The notes under the pieces: model-generated
Seen by the model: the letters and a program-made list of their open reading frames with translations, nothing else
Told to the model about the DNA's origin: nothing
The model's database searches: none
Shown: in pieces, positions 11,501 through 25,105 of the stretch
Layout: the number at the start of each line of letters is the position of its first letter
Position numbering within the stretch: the first letter of the stretch is position 1
Translations under genes and position numbers: made by a program
NCBI GenBank assembly: GCA_964199315.1
Contig: OZ116707.1
Span: 18,662,001 to 18,726,000 of the forward strand
Length of the DNA stretch: 64,000 bases
Direction: 5' to 3'
From: Orbicella franksi
Taxonomy: Eukaryota

Positions 11501-14500
11501 CATTACGTTCGCCGGTACTTAATTATACGCCCGGGTTGAGAGAGGCACCGTGAGAGTAAAGAGTCTTGCCCAAGAACACAACACAATGTCCCCGGCCAGA
11601 AATCAAATCCGGACTACTCGATCTGAAGTCGAGCGCACTAACCATGAGGCTACCGGGCCTGAGTATTTCTGAATTTCTCTAACAGACAAATAGCATATGA
11701 CCTTCTGTCGTCTGCGCACGTCCGGCATCCAGATGCCCTATTCGCACCACAAAAATCATAGACTGAAACCTACGAAAGCCTAATACCGTTTTGCGCTACT
11801 CGTCATGTCCTATTGGAAATCCGCGAACGTACATGTAATGTACGAGATTTATTTAGTTCACCTTCACAGCTATTTCTTGATTTCTCTCCAGCAGCCATGG
11901 AACGTGATTCCAGAGAAGTTCAGAATCCTGAGAACTAAGTAAACCAATAGCAAATGAAAACAGAACATGTAGCATTCTGTTATCTCACTACTACCAACAA
12001 CATCCTAACAAATAGCGCATTTCATTTTGACTCTCTTGGATCAGCCGACAACGAACCATGTTCAGTTTTACTGTAAGTATCTGTTGACGACACCTCTTTC
12101 ACACTCCCTAGCTCAAAATAACCTAAATTTCATTCAAGGATTTCCTGACAAAGAACTTTCTACTGGAACCGCTATTATCACACTCCAACTGAAGTCTTAC
12201 CTTGCAAGAAACTTCACAACATATTCCATGCCCGGGAAGTTGCGATCTTTTATCTCCCCTTGTATAATCCTAAACTCGGGACAAAAACGAAACGATATCA
12301 CAAAAACAATACGCTAAAGTTCTAGATCTGTTAAGTGCGCTCCGTTCTGCCAGAGCCTCACCAGTACTGTTTTCCCCCGACCCACTCTAGAAGGGGAAAC
12401 AGGCTCTTCAAAGGACTTAACCACTCACTCTTGGTTCTTATTACTTATTAATCGCTACTTCTACTATCAAAAGGTCATTTTATATAGCCTGCTCCAAGCT
12501 CTCGTTCAGTGGGGACGACCACCGAAAAAGCGGGCGGGCAAAGAGCGGGATCAGCGACCGAGAGCCTGGAACGGGCTACATGTTATAGAGTACCTTCATA
12601 AACAACAAAACTGCTCGCACACTGCTGTTCAGTTTTAAAAGCGAATGCAGGCACTTTGTCTTCGCATTGTAATTGTAAACTCAGACACGGCATGAGGGTG
12701 TGATGAACAAGGAGTACACACAATACCTTTTCCATACACCCATTGCTTGAGCAGGCTGTTTGTGGTGACAATAAAACAATGCCAATGCGTGGTGTCTCTG
12801 ATGTAAAGAGCAGAAAAGACCTTGATCAGTGACCAGTTTTGTAACCGAAATGTTTCATTCTAGCAAGCGTGATCTTTTGGTAACAATACAGTCTATTTTA
12901 AAGACAGTTCTGGTTCCAGGGTGCAAAGAAAACAAGTTTGCAAGCTTTCCCTTCTGCCAAGCTCTATTTATGATGTTGACTAGCCCGAATATCAATCTCG
13001 CTAGCCCCCAAAACGTTCGTCTCGCAAAGTACTTCTGTAATTTGAATTTTCTCAAACATTTTCCTACGAAACTTCATTTTCTCATCGGGAAAAGTGATGA
13101 ACAGAATCCATTAGCCCGGCTGCAAAATCCACTACCTCCAAGCTACTGGACAGGACTTTCTTTAGAAGAATAATAATAATAACTTTATTTGACGAGGGTA
13201 AAAACACTTTACAGTTAGCAGTGACAAACTGCTGGCCCTCATTACACTATACATAAAATCTAATAAATAAAATGACTAATGACTAAATACTACGTAAAGT
13301 TGACTTAAGAAATAGAGAAATGGTCGAGCCCTATGTATGATTCCTTAAGATAATTTACATACTTTGCTCGCTGTAGTTCACAGGGAAACTCGGCTAGAGT
13401 TTCGACTGGAGTTTTTTTAAAGAGTCGACTAAGTGTTTTTTTTTTCTGATACAGTCTACAACCCAAACCATGTGTATATGTAAGTATAACTGTACCTCGT
13501 ATTTCTGAAGCCAGCTTATTGTATCAGCCACAGTACAGCAGTTCTCACTGGACACCAGATGTTGTAAGTTTGGAGAATTTATTTCGGTGTATAACTTGAC
13601 AAGAGCTGTGTCAACCTCCTGGATAAAGAAGAAAACCTGATCATATATCTTTATTATGTTACGAGGAACAGCTAAATTATTTATTGGACATTCCTCCAAC
13701 GCAAATGAATACAACCCTTTCATAAACGAAGAACTACTAAAATTAATTTCTCCATTTCTTGTTTGTTTGTTTTTAGGTATGTTGAACGGTTAATTCAAGA
13801 GTCCACGTATCTAGGAGACACTTAAGTTTGCCACAAAAAAATAAAGCAATGCAGTGAAAATATAAGATGAATGTAAAAATCACAAAATTTACCGGTCAAC
13901 TACAATAGCCAGTGTACAGAAACCCTCCTCGGAAGGAAAAATCGGAGAGGAGCTGTCTCTCTCTCCGATAACTTTCTTTCAGAGAGAGTGGCTGCAACAC
14001 AGGCTAACTAAATATCGCAATTAGTTGTCACAAAGCATGAAAGTAAAAGGTTTATGGCAACACATTTCTTGGAAACACCAAGAATCACACCTCTTTGTAG
14101 CCCATGTCTTCTGCAGATCTTCTGGTTTCTTCCTAAGAGTGAGAGGAAAATTAGAAAGCAGTAAGAACTTATCAATGAGCTTAAATTCATTATGTAATCG
14201 GAAGCAAACAGATATCGACTATCTTAAAAAGCACAGAACAAGATTTCAACTTACGAGGTACTGCATCAGGAATTGCTTAGCTTCTGCTAAAAACTGCTTG
14301 CTGCCTTTCACTGTGAAACAAACCGAGAAAAACCTTTTTAAATTACTAAGAAGTATTCACTGCCAAACACAGTGTTTAACGTCAAGCATGCCTGTTTGAT
14401 GAGCAAATCGGAATATCACGTATAACTAAGAGAAAAAAAAGATACGGTTTGTTCACGAGTGCTTGTTTTGCTCACTTGCTTTGAACTAAGACACAAAAAG

Positions 14501-17500
14501 GACACTGCTGTAACAGACTATTTCTCAAAAAATTAAAGCATGCCCCCTTTTTACTTCCAGGATGAGAGAAATGAGATGTGATTATTCATGCATTTTATTC
14601 TGAATATCAGAACAAGAACTGTAAAATCATCACTACGTACGCTAGTTCTTCAACAGTATGCAAGGAAGAACTAACGATCAAATGAACGTTAAAGTAAATG
14701 GAATTTTTCAGCACGCACTCACCAAGGCCACTGAGTTCAACCAATTCTCTTGATGGTAAGTATTTCCAGTTGGATGATAGCAGTGAGGGAAACAAAATTA
14801 TCAACTGAAACAAAGGTAAATAAAAAAAAAGGACAACTTGCTAGAAGTATTAAACACCAACAAAATGAACATAATGGTCAGAGAAAATGTGCTGTAAATA
14901 CCTCTCTTGGATCCAGTCCTCCCTCTCTCATTAGACTTGCAGCCTCTGTGAAATACCCTTCTGCCATGTAAATGAATCCAGCTTGCTGTTGTGTTCTTTT
15001 GAGAAGCTACATGTAACACAAAACCCAAAGTGAGTTTTAATGACAATAATAACTGCTGTAGTGTGTTAATTACATACTGTACGATAAAGTAAAGGACCAT
15101 TTTAGATAATTCTAAGGATTGGAGAAGTTAGAATGCTAAAAGCCCACTGGTGCTGGCCCATGCAACTTTGGTGCCCCATTCTCAGACAACTTGAACAAGA
15201 CATTGCTTAGTGTAACACCCTCCAAAATGAACAAGTCTCCCAACCTTCTCTTTGCAGCAATCGTTGCGAAAAGAAGGAAATGATTGAAATGAACAAAAGC
15301 ACACATAACCTTTTGAGTAGCAGTTTGTCATGTTGCCCAAACAATTTTCTGGTATCCATCCACGAGTGCTCCCTGCATCAGTGCTTTCCATATGGTATAA
15401 ACATTAGTGGCTGCCCTCAGGTCAAGCACCCATTTGAGAGCAATAAGAGAGACCCCTAACAACTTCCAATATAGGACCAATTGCTGAACACTGCTAACAA
15501 AAGAGTTGGTAATTCATTTAGGAATACCTGCCAGAGTAAGTGCTGGGTCTTTTTGAAAGCGCTGCTTGATAAAGCAAGAATGTGGCAATGTGAGATTTAA
15601 GTGAAAACATTGTAACCTACCCAAACTGAAGAGCCTTCCAATCCATAGTCCCAGACATGAACCATTAGCTCATCACGAGCTACATTTCTCAATACAAACT
15701 ACAGTTACCTAGAACAAATCATTATGTACCTTCTCATCTCTTTGAGGCCCTGACATGGTTTCCATGGCAACATGAGCCAGTTGAAGAGCTTCACTCACTC
15801 TTTTCTCATTTAACAACATCTGCACCTAATGAATATAAAGGCAGGAAAACTTAACGAATTATTTGAGGTGCTAACAAAATGCAATTCTGGTACCTTTCAA
15901 GGGTTTCTTTCAAATTTCCAACAATCCAACCTACACTGATATGTAGCCAAGCTACACTGATTAAAAAACTCCAAATTACTTGATTTCTTCTGCCTGTTTA
16001 GCACTGTTTATAAAGTAACATAATTATGCAGACAAAACAACATCTACTAGAAAATTGCCAGGGCTGTGCTCTAGAAGCATCCGAGTGCCATAGACAACTA
16101 ACTTTTGCCTTTGGGCGACTGGAAAAACTTTTTTTCTTCATATAAAGTTACATGCTAGGCACCCAGGATTTCGTGGTTAGGAACCTTTGGGCTCTCTGTA
16201 ATTTTTCTTAGACCACAGCCTTGATTGCTTGATATTTTCAGCATATTTCAACTGTTTAATATTAATCAGTAGTTTCATTTGACAGAACAGAACTTGATTT
16301 TGCATACACAACTTCACTTTTCACTATTGCAGCCAGGACAAAGTGAAACGTTAAGCTTTTGGTCTTTACAGAAAAGAAAAGTTACCTGTTTTTTGAAGGG
16401 GAGCTGCACCAAACTGTAGACCTCTCTTGGAGAACAAACAAACACCTGATTGTCATAATTCAGTAGTATCCTTCCACCCTTTAAAACAAAACCTCTGCAT
16501 CAGGCATACATGTATGGCAAAAGATAAAGCTTTCAGCATAATGCAAGAGTGAGACAGAGAAAAACTGGAATTAGAACCCATGACCTCCCAAATACCGGTC
16601 GGCACTCTAACCACTGAGCTGTGGAGAGACTGGAGAGCTTGGTCAGTTACAAGATTCATAATTACATGATGTATTGTTTGATTTATATGCAATTAGGAAT
16701 ACCAAATTTAATAACCTAAAAAAGGCATATATGAAAACTTAATATTAATAGACATACAATGTGCAACTTATTTGGTAACAAGCTCATACCTTAAATACAA
16801 GTGACTGCTTCTGGGACTTTTGGTCCTGCCCTATAATGCTTTTAGAAGAAGCCAAAAATTGCATTAATTTTTTGTTCAAAAATTGGTCTCAGGCTGTTTG
16901 AGTCTGTGTAAAGTGAGATAACACAAGTCTCTGCTCCAAACATTTGACATTTGAAGTTATTTATTAACAGTATCTTTATTTTTACTTGGATAAAATAAAA
17001 TATCATAATGATTGTTTATTACCTGTGAACAGAGATGGAGTTTGCTCCAAGTGCTATTGCATAAGGAAAGGAATATCCCAGTCCCAGCAATCTTTCTGAC
17101 CAGCTGAGCGGTGCTCTCTGAGAGGTACCTTCTGAGGTTACAAACATGCCCATGACGTCTGTTGGGCCATTTAAAAGAAATTCTTCCTGCATGGTAAAAA
17201 GGAAAAGTTCATTCTAGATCATATTCTTTCATATGGTCTGGAAGACCAAGGACAGAAATTATAGACACTTTAGAGAATTTCTCATGAATGCAATGGTTCT
17301 AAAACAGCTGTAAGTACCATTGTCAAGGCGATCACATTCTTTTTCTATCATATATTTATTACTGAACATGTACTAGTCAAGACATGCTATAATCATGTAA
17401 GAAAGAGTGGAAATTCATCACCAATCACTGACAAGTCACTTACCATTCCAACACCCATGACAAATCCCTTTGTTACTTCAGCCTCGTAATGAAATAACTC

Positions 17501-20500
17501 TTGAACCTGTTGAATAAACAGTGGGTTTTTAGATTTCTTTGGTACAATGGAGTTGAGAAATGATTTACCACACCTTTCCCACAAGTTCAAGAGCCATGCC
17601 TGAAAATAAATCTAAAAAGTTCCAAACTGATGACCTAGTTCTCTGTAGTTCAATATTGTAAGAGTTTCTGATTGGTTGTACATGTATCTGGACCATTATT
17701 ATGCAAACAATCAACTTGATGAATGGTAGAGCTGGGACATTGGAATAGAATTCCTGTACAGCGAAACCTTGACTCTGCAGACGCACTAAGACGTGGGTAA
17801 AGAGCACACCTTGTAAATTTATCCTTGAAAAAAATGGGACCAAAGGGGAAAGTCTAAATAATTGAAAAGTGATCCACCAATCAAGGTCCAGACAGTCAAG
17901 ATTGAGCTTTCAGCAACCATATGTCAGAACAGGGAACATTAGACATCTGTTTAATGCATTGTACTTATAATAATAGGTCATGGTTTTCACATGTTGAGGG
18001 TTGAAATTAATTTGCGTTTTGCTTTCAATTGGTTTTATGTTTATCATCCCAAGCAACTGGCTTTAAAACATGAATGTGCCACTTTTTTATCCAATCAGAC
18101 ATAAATTAAAGCAGAACCAACTTGTGCGCAAATGTTTTCCATACTTCACATTGGCTTCATGTCTTTGCTTTGAGTTTTGATTGGGTTACTCAATTGTCTG
18201 TCCTTTGTGATTGGTCAAAGTGATAAGTTTGGCTTTGGTATAACGACACTCAATTGAAAATTGCTCTTCTATATTGATTTGAATGCAGTTACAGTACCTT
18301 GCCAGACAAAATGTTCACCATGCAGTAACGATACTGATTTGCTAGAGCCACACACACAGCCCCTCCATCAACTGCCTAGAATGATAATAAAACATTTTTT
18401 AACACGGCACAAAAAGGAAACATTTTTCAGTCGGTGCACATCAATATCGCAGGTCTGGACAAAAATTAAATGCATTCAATAAGAAAATGAAAGTAAATAT
18501 AGAAGACAATCCTAACCATGTGTATTGGAGGCTCTGGTAGTGGGATTTCTTTTAATGGAATTATCTTGTCTTCAGTTACTGAAAGAATGTGAATAGCTTT
18601 CTTCTTAGAAAGTGCAATGCAAACCTGTAAATACCAATGAATACAATTACAATTCTGCATTTATAATTTGAAACTTAAGTATTAGGAAGATCACAGCACC
18701 CTTAAAAATCTCAGTCAATTGCATATCTATTTTTAAAAAAAAATTAAGACAAGCGCATGCTTGTCACTGACTTGCAATAGAGTAATATTCAAACTAACTG
18801 TTAGTTATTAAATAATAGTAAATAAACATCAATTGGTAATTATTCAAAATGTATAAATCAATGAAAGAACTGCTTTCTAGTTAACTATTATTCAACAGTT
18901 AATAGAAATGCAATCTCGTGGACAAACCTCGACAGCAAAAGGATCAAACATATTTGGATTATCATTTCTACACATGGCTGTCACCTGAAAAACAATTTAA
19001 CAAATTATCAACTTCTCAAACTCATTTAATGATTCATCAAGAGGAAACAAAGAAAGTCATAACCTAGACAGTTTGGGTACCAGATCTTCTCCAATTTCTC
19101 TGACTCAAAATTCATCAAAAATAATCTACTCCACATTGCATTTTCAACTCTCTTCTCTGTGTCAAGAAATGTAGTAACAAAAAAAGGAAACATTTTCTCC
19201 TATTTTATATATACCATATTGCATCTCAACAACATGATGGAATAAGTTAACTTTCAGGTTGTGGAAAGTTAAACACAACCAACATGATCAGTCTTTCAAC
19301 TTTTAACTTTATTTTTTAACAACAAATAAAGTGTTCTTTAGTCAGACTTAAATATGGTACCTACTGAATAAAACTCTGTACTTTCAAGTATTCAGAGGTT
19401 TCAACAACTGGCAAATTAACCAGCAAATCATGCAGTCTATGTGAAGCAAATTCATCCTCATTTTCAGCCTTCTCCCTGTCAGGTTAATGAGTTACACTCG
19501 TCTATCTACTTATCGAATTCCCTGAATACTGTTAGTAATAAGTTTTTACTAATCTATTAAACAGAGTAGAGCCACTTTCAATAGAGTCAAGTAAAACCAA
19601 AATCAAACCTGTCCAGTTATTTACGAATAAAACTACTCAGCCACGAATCGTAAACTGTAGTAAAACTAAAACGAAAGTAATTGCCTCATAAATTACTTTT
19701 GACAGTCAATTGAAAATCGCTCTTTAGAGATCAATAATGTTTACTTATTAACAAATTAATTTCAACACAATTTGCTGACAGTTTTGAGTTACTGTTAACA
19801 GCACAGCACCTACAGTATGCCAATGACTTGTGAATCATTGGCATAGCCTTCTTGTCCAGACATACCCCTTTAAATCTGTCCTTAAATCCTGTGGCCAGAA
19901 ACTGCAACATAATGTACAAGACATTGATATTAAAACCCCATAAACTGCCAGTTAGAATAAAGATCAACCTAATAGGGAGGTCTTTAGTCAGCTTAAGTGT
20001 TCAAAATAATGTGTTGGGCTTCAAATGATAATAGAAACCCATCATTATTAATCAGTGTAAAAAGCGTAAATTTTGATATTTCCTCCAGCAATTCAAATCA
20101 TGCAGAACAGGACCTTCAAAGGGGCTTTGTAACAAAGTTGGCTACGGCTTACAAAACAGATATGTAGACTTAGAAATGTTTTTCATAACACATATTAAGG
20201 ACAACTCTTCATAAAATTCTAGCTTAGAAATTTGATTCTTTCCTCTATTAAAAACTAATTTTAATTGTGAATTGTGGGGAAATGCATCCTTTCATGAAAT
20301 CTCACTGGCTACCCTTTCAAGGAGGGGTTTTCTTTTGTTTTGAGACCCCCTGCCCCTCTGGAAATTGCAGATTAGCTTGAGCTCATCCTTGTCAATATAA
20401 AAACTTAGCTTTTAAGGACGTTTGCATGAAACTTTTTCAGTCAAGAGAATTTTTTTTAATTTTTACTGCTGTCAAATAATGAGTTACTTGTGTCAGAAAT

Positions 20501-23500
20501 GCAAAAAAAAAAATGGAGGTCACCGACTTCGTTTCAGAGATAAGACATGTGAAAAACTACCCTGATTTTGAAAAATTGGCACACATAATTCAGCATGGTC
20601 TACAGGCGTTTATAGTTAAAAATATCGAAGGTGAGTCAACAGAGGCAAACGATCTTAGTCATAGTTTGTAGAAGTGGGTCTGTTGCCTAAATAATTCCAA
20701 ATGTTGCCAACGTTTTCACAAAACTTAACCCTTCAAGGGGCATTTGAAACCGCTGCACAGATAAAGAAAGACCTAAAAATAACGCAATTCAATGGTACAT
20801 TTTGCAAAACATTCAAACTTCTAATCAATAGATTTTCTTCAGTTTTTCGCTAAACGTAGAAAATCGGTAGAGAAAATGATCCATCAAAAGAAAAACAGGG
20901 GTCACTGAACTTCCAGGAATGTTTAATCCAGGAAAAGCTATAGCAATGGCCATCTGCCCTATTATTGTTGGCGTGTGAATTTGCATGCACAGTAAGGATG
21001 CATGGAAACAATTAGCATGAACATCCTCAAAACTCCACTCCCTCTTGGATTTAGATTATTAACATCCTTCCTTGGGGAGAGGGTGAGTGCATAGATAAAT
21101 TCTGACAATTTCAAAATAGGTGAACAGTGAACAATCCTGAAGATGCAATTCAATGCCAATTACATGGAATTGCATGACCACATATCATCAGAAAAATTGT
21201 TTATGTCAATAATGTACAAGTTTTAAAAATTGCGAGTGGCCAACTCACCTCTAAGCCAAACATGGAAAACATCAAAATACCACCTTAAAAATAGAATAAC
21301 AAGAGATGGTCAGCAAAAGAACTTGTGGTGGGCTAAGTACAAATGTTCAATTGAAAGTAAATTAATAATTATTTTAATAGCGAAGCGTGTGTGTGACATT
21401 ATAACTCAGACAAACCCAGACAAACAAAACGGAATGGTGGAAGATTTGAAGCCTTTTCAAGCACGTAAGCAAGTTTTCCTAAAACAATTTTTAAAATGAA
21501 TATTTGGTGTTCACTTTCCTCCTATTTCTCTCAGAACATGCTTATGTTGTCTGGCTCTCGCAGGGTTCCAATAATGTAATTTGCATTCTATTTTTAGACC
21601 TTGCACACTTCACTATTAATATTGTGTTACATACTTATATATGCCACAATGTGTAGTTCCAGAAAATATCCATATCTCCCCCACAGAGGGGATTCTTTCT
21701 AAGATCCCCCCCCCTCCCACCCCTCTGGAAATTCCAATAAAGCTTCACACATTTCTTTAAATTTTTTGGTCTTACAGAACCCCCCACCCCCCCAGGAAAT
21801 TCCAATCCCTTTTGTGGGGGGAGCATGGATATTTTCTGGACCTGCACAATAAGCATTTTTTAAGGACAAAAATGTTGCACCCTCAAAAATGACAAGTGTC
21901 ATTATTACATCTGTACTACCCCATATAACGGTCACCTCTACACAAAGGCCACTTTCCTCTGTCCCTAAGTTGGCCGTTGTGGAGAGGTTTGACTGTGATT
22001 CATTAAATTTAATAACTGACTCGTATTATTATTTAAATAATAATTAATTAAAAACAAACTAATTAATAATAATTTTGTAATTAATCAATTAGTCAAACTG
22101 GAAAAACACTTTCAACAGCACATTTCTCAAGTTTCAACAGGAACAAATCAAAGACCTGTTGGTAAAGCCTACAAAACTTTACAAGTTGCAGCTTACCATC
22201 ACAAAGTACAAGAAGTCTGTTTATGGCTGGGGCTGTCAATACCTGCTGTACTGGCTTTTTCTGAAACAGAAGTGCAACATTGGATATTGAATGCCTTAAG
22301 CAATAATTGCACATGTAGTTTAAATTGACATACAACATACTGGCCACTACACGACTGTGCAGTAATAGTTAGAATGTGTCAAGCAAGGCTTTCGTAGCAG
22401 TATAAATGAGTAGACGTCATGATAACTTAAAAGTATATATCCAGGTACTGTAGTCTGCTTTAAACATTGCTGCAGTCTCTAAGCCCCATTAAAAGTAATC
22501 AAATTGCAAATCGTTGAAAAGCCACAGTTTTTAAAGCAAAGTATGACGCTTAATTGTAATCCACAAACCATTCCAAGATGTTTACAAGCTTGAAGCCTTG
22601 ACTGAAATGTTGTCTTCCCCAGTGGCGAAACACCTTCATCAATCACATAATTAAGAACAAAACTGTACAAAAATGAACAAATGTAAGAGCTTTTTCAGTG
22701 TAATGCTGTATAACCTGTAATACAATTACCAGTAAAAAAGAACACAACATCTTCAACAATTTGGTCAAAATATAACAAAGCAGATATCCAATAAGGAGGG
22801 TTTTCCACTAGCATCTTCAATTCTTGCATGCACACTCAAATTAAAACCCTTCTAGGTACTGGAAATGAAACACTCACCAATCTGATGTCCCAATGTATAA
22901 ATTCTGTGCAGCACAGTCAATACATTCCACCTAAAATCAGTATCCTATTATTATTAAGCATTCCAACTTTCCAAGACGTAGATGTAAAGGCCCTATGTGC
23001 CATGAGGCATGAGCAGGATAGATGCTAGATGTAGATGCTAAATTCCAACTTTCCAAGATTTCATCGTACCTAAACTGAGGCTTCGTAATGGCCTAACTAA
23101 CTAACTAACACTGGGGCTTATAACACTACATGTATGCAGTTCTAAAAAATATCCACACCCACCACGAGGAAGGTTAATGGAAATATTAGTTGATATTGTG
23201 TTGTAAGGACTTTGTATCGAAACAATTGGACACCCACTTTTGAGGTCTAGAGAAACGCTGAACACACTTGTATTCTGCTCATATGTATATGTCTACTAGT
23301 TGTTTTTCTAAGCCTTAAGCATACATTGTTTTCTTAAAGAAGATGGTGTTAAGCTTAAATATTAACCTTGAGTGCCTATATGACATACTCAGTACATCAA
23401 GATTTTTGTCCCTCAGGTGCCTATATGACGTACTGGGTACATCAAAATTTTAAAGTGCTACTATGACAAAAATCTCATCTTTCCTATCGCAGCCATTTTA

Positions 23501-23642
23501 AAACATAAACAAGTAGCCTGTGTGAGAAGAAGAATGCTGTTTACTATATTCAAATATCTCTTTTCGTTCCAGAGATATTCTAGTTTTAAAAATATGCCAA
23601 TTGGCCCAGTGATCACATCATACACTCAACCAAATTTTGATC

Positions 23643-23688
<46 letters not shown>

Positions 23689-24120
23689 TTGATTCTTCGC
23701 AATAAGATTCTACTTATTGTGCTCCACAATATGAGCTTCACAGTTCGGTTACCATGACAACATACTGGGTTCCAGACCTCCCCAATATTAAAGGTATTCC
23801 CAGTCACCTTTGGCATTCCATTTTGATATTTGCAAATGGTGCCTCATATTCTTGATCCAGCAAGCATATAAATATGTTAGCTCAAGTTTGTGACCTCATT
23901 TAATGTTTTCCGACCTGAAAATCACTAACATATTGAAATCAAGAGGGTGGGGACTGGAAAAGAGTGAGTTGCCATGCATACAGAACTTTTTACAGCAGTA
24001 GGTGTGTTTCCTGTAGAACTATTAGCCTGCCAAGTTTCAATGGTCTGCACTGCAAATTGACCAAGATAGCTCTATTTATACACTTGATATCAAATTGGTT
24101 TGAGTGTATGACGTCATCAG

Positions 24121-24163
<43 letters not shown>

Positions 24164-25105
24164 CTCCGAAACTAATGCAGATATTCGCAAACGGTAAACG
24201 GCATTTTTACTCTTTTATGGAATTCTATGTGATACACCTGAAAAATCAAGGGGGAAAAATTTGATCATAGTACCACTTCAAGATTTAGTCAAACTCCCAG
24301 CACACCGGAGACAATTTTTATCAGCACCTGAAATTCGTAGATTTTTCAACAGACTTCTTTTTTACCATTGCTGTGATATCAAATGGATATCAAATTATGT
24401 CAACCTCGGTGTCATGTCCATAGTCCCAGTAAACAAGCTTGTGGTATATAAAGGTTTTACTAGACACCCATTTTCAGTGAGAAATATTACGGTTTTCATT
24501 AAGGGCCGTAACCCATAGCACCTTTTTACGGCTCAGTACGCTTGATTTTCCCTTGATGCTATAGGTGAAATTGCCTGTTGTTGAAAATATTCACCCACAA
24601 AGTAACAAATTTGCTACGGGTGTGGAGAATAAGGTTACAGCTGACTAAAAACTTGATGACAGCCTGAAAATGGTGTGGCACACAGGGTACACAATGGACA
24701 GGCACTCAAGGCCAGGGGTTAAACTGTTCCTTCCAGATGATAGCTACAGCAGAGGTCTTTGTTGTAATAGCTATACTTATTGTCAAAACCTTTGAAAAAT
24801 TTTGAATCTCTGTCTTTTTAACTTGAACACTTCACGAAGATGTTCACTAAAACTTGCCAGATCGCAAGTAATAAGTGCAATAAAAATAAGCGTAACATGG
24901 AATCAGAAGACAAGTACTGCATAAATTTAGATTTAGGTGCTTGAGCGAAAAATAAAACATCTCAACCTACCGTTTTTGGCCTGTCTGCAGAAGTAGTCAC
25001 TATCCTTTCAATAACTGGTGCTATTTCGAACGCTTTGAAGCTCATTTTAGCTTGGGAATCATAACTACTTCCAAATTCCTTTCCGCTGCTATAAAACTCC
25101 GCCAT
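5524..25105 (-). CDS. TGFBRAP1: TGF-beta receptor-associated protein 1 / Vps3-like CORVET subunit (CNH, clathrin-repeat, Vps39_2 zinc-binding C-terminus), ~876-896 aa
   Basis: 31 phase-consistent exons: 25105(or 25045)-24971, 22930-22878, 22662-22569, 22260-22197, 21283-21249, 19901-19866, 18984-18928, 18624-18517, 18375-18298, 17506-17444, 17186-17023, 16838-16790, 16478-16386, 15825-15730, 15006-14902, 14804-14723, 14310-14255, 14132-14091, 13618-13496, 12797-12727, 12269-12201, 11934-11862, 10913-10776, 10284-10184, 9380-9266, 8563-8474, 7906-7839, 7745-7673, 6870-6736, 6025-5970, 5692-5524. Total 2631 nt from the second ATG. Collinear with recalled human TGFBRAP1 motifs (MSFKAF, NRLLVLCD, SQRAPLSWSE, VDTALVKLY, YHTHLALLY, CQACRRPFNDPAVARYPNG). 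Confidence 0.96.
7079..7432. repeat. palindromic interspersed (MITE-like) family with AGAGCGGTTTTCAATTGAG-type ends
   Basis: 7079-7218 has ends GAGCGGTTTTCAGTTGAG / CTCAATTGAAAACCACTC. Related copies at about 7245-7432, 10427-10690, 18020-18268, 19570-19725 and 42370-42462. Confidence 0.8.
8848..8920. mobile_element. 73-bp mini-MITE with perfect 19-bp terminal inverted repeats
   Basis: TAGCCTGCGAGCAGGCTCT ... AGAGCCTGCTCGCAGGCTA. Related TAGCCTG/CAGGCTA-ended pieces near 8810, 12485-12580 and 14000. Confidence 0.8.
11368..11660 (-). mobile_element. tRNA-derived SINE-like interspersed repeat (near full length)
   Basis: Core CTTGCCCAAGAACACAACACAATG with a reverse-oriented tRNA-like head at 11600-11660. 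Other copies or fragments at about 8030-8125, 8960-9090, 11020-11260, 41495-42040 and 47760-47940. Confidence 0.75.
13180..13435 (-). mobile_element. 5'-truncated non-LTR retrotransposon (CR1/L2-type) 3' end in a TGFBRAP1 intron
   Basis: Minus strand reads ...ETLAEFPCELQRAKYVNYLKESYIGLDHFSIS*, resembling a degenerate WNSLP..LR...S...FK ORF2 terminus. It is followed by AATAAA and a (TTA)n tail at 13180-13198. Confidence 0.6.
21652..21845. repeat. palindromic C/G-run interspersed repeat (CCAGAAAATATCCAT...ATGGATATTTTCTGG)
   Basis: Inverted ends and internal CCCCTCTGGAAATTCC / CCCCAGGAAATTCC duplication. Related pieces at about 20290-20350 and 41390-41480. Confidence 0.7.
23454..24277. mobile_element. 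non-autonomous DNA transposon with TTAA-type target site (Kolobok-like) in TGFBRAP1 intron 1
   Basis: TTAA|AGTGCTACTATGAC at the left end and ATCATAGTACCACT|TCAA at the right end (TIR 12/13 identical, target duplication with 1 mismatch). Purine-purine start after TTAA is the described Kolobok signature. Confidence 0.7.
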
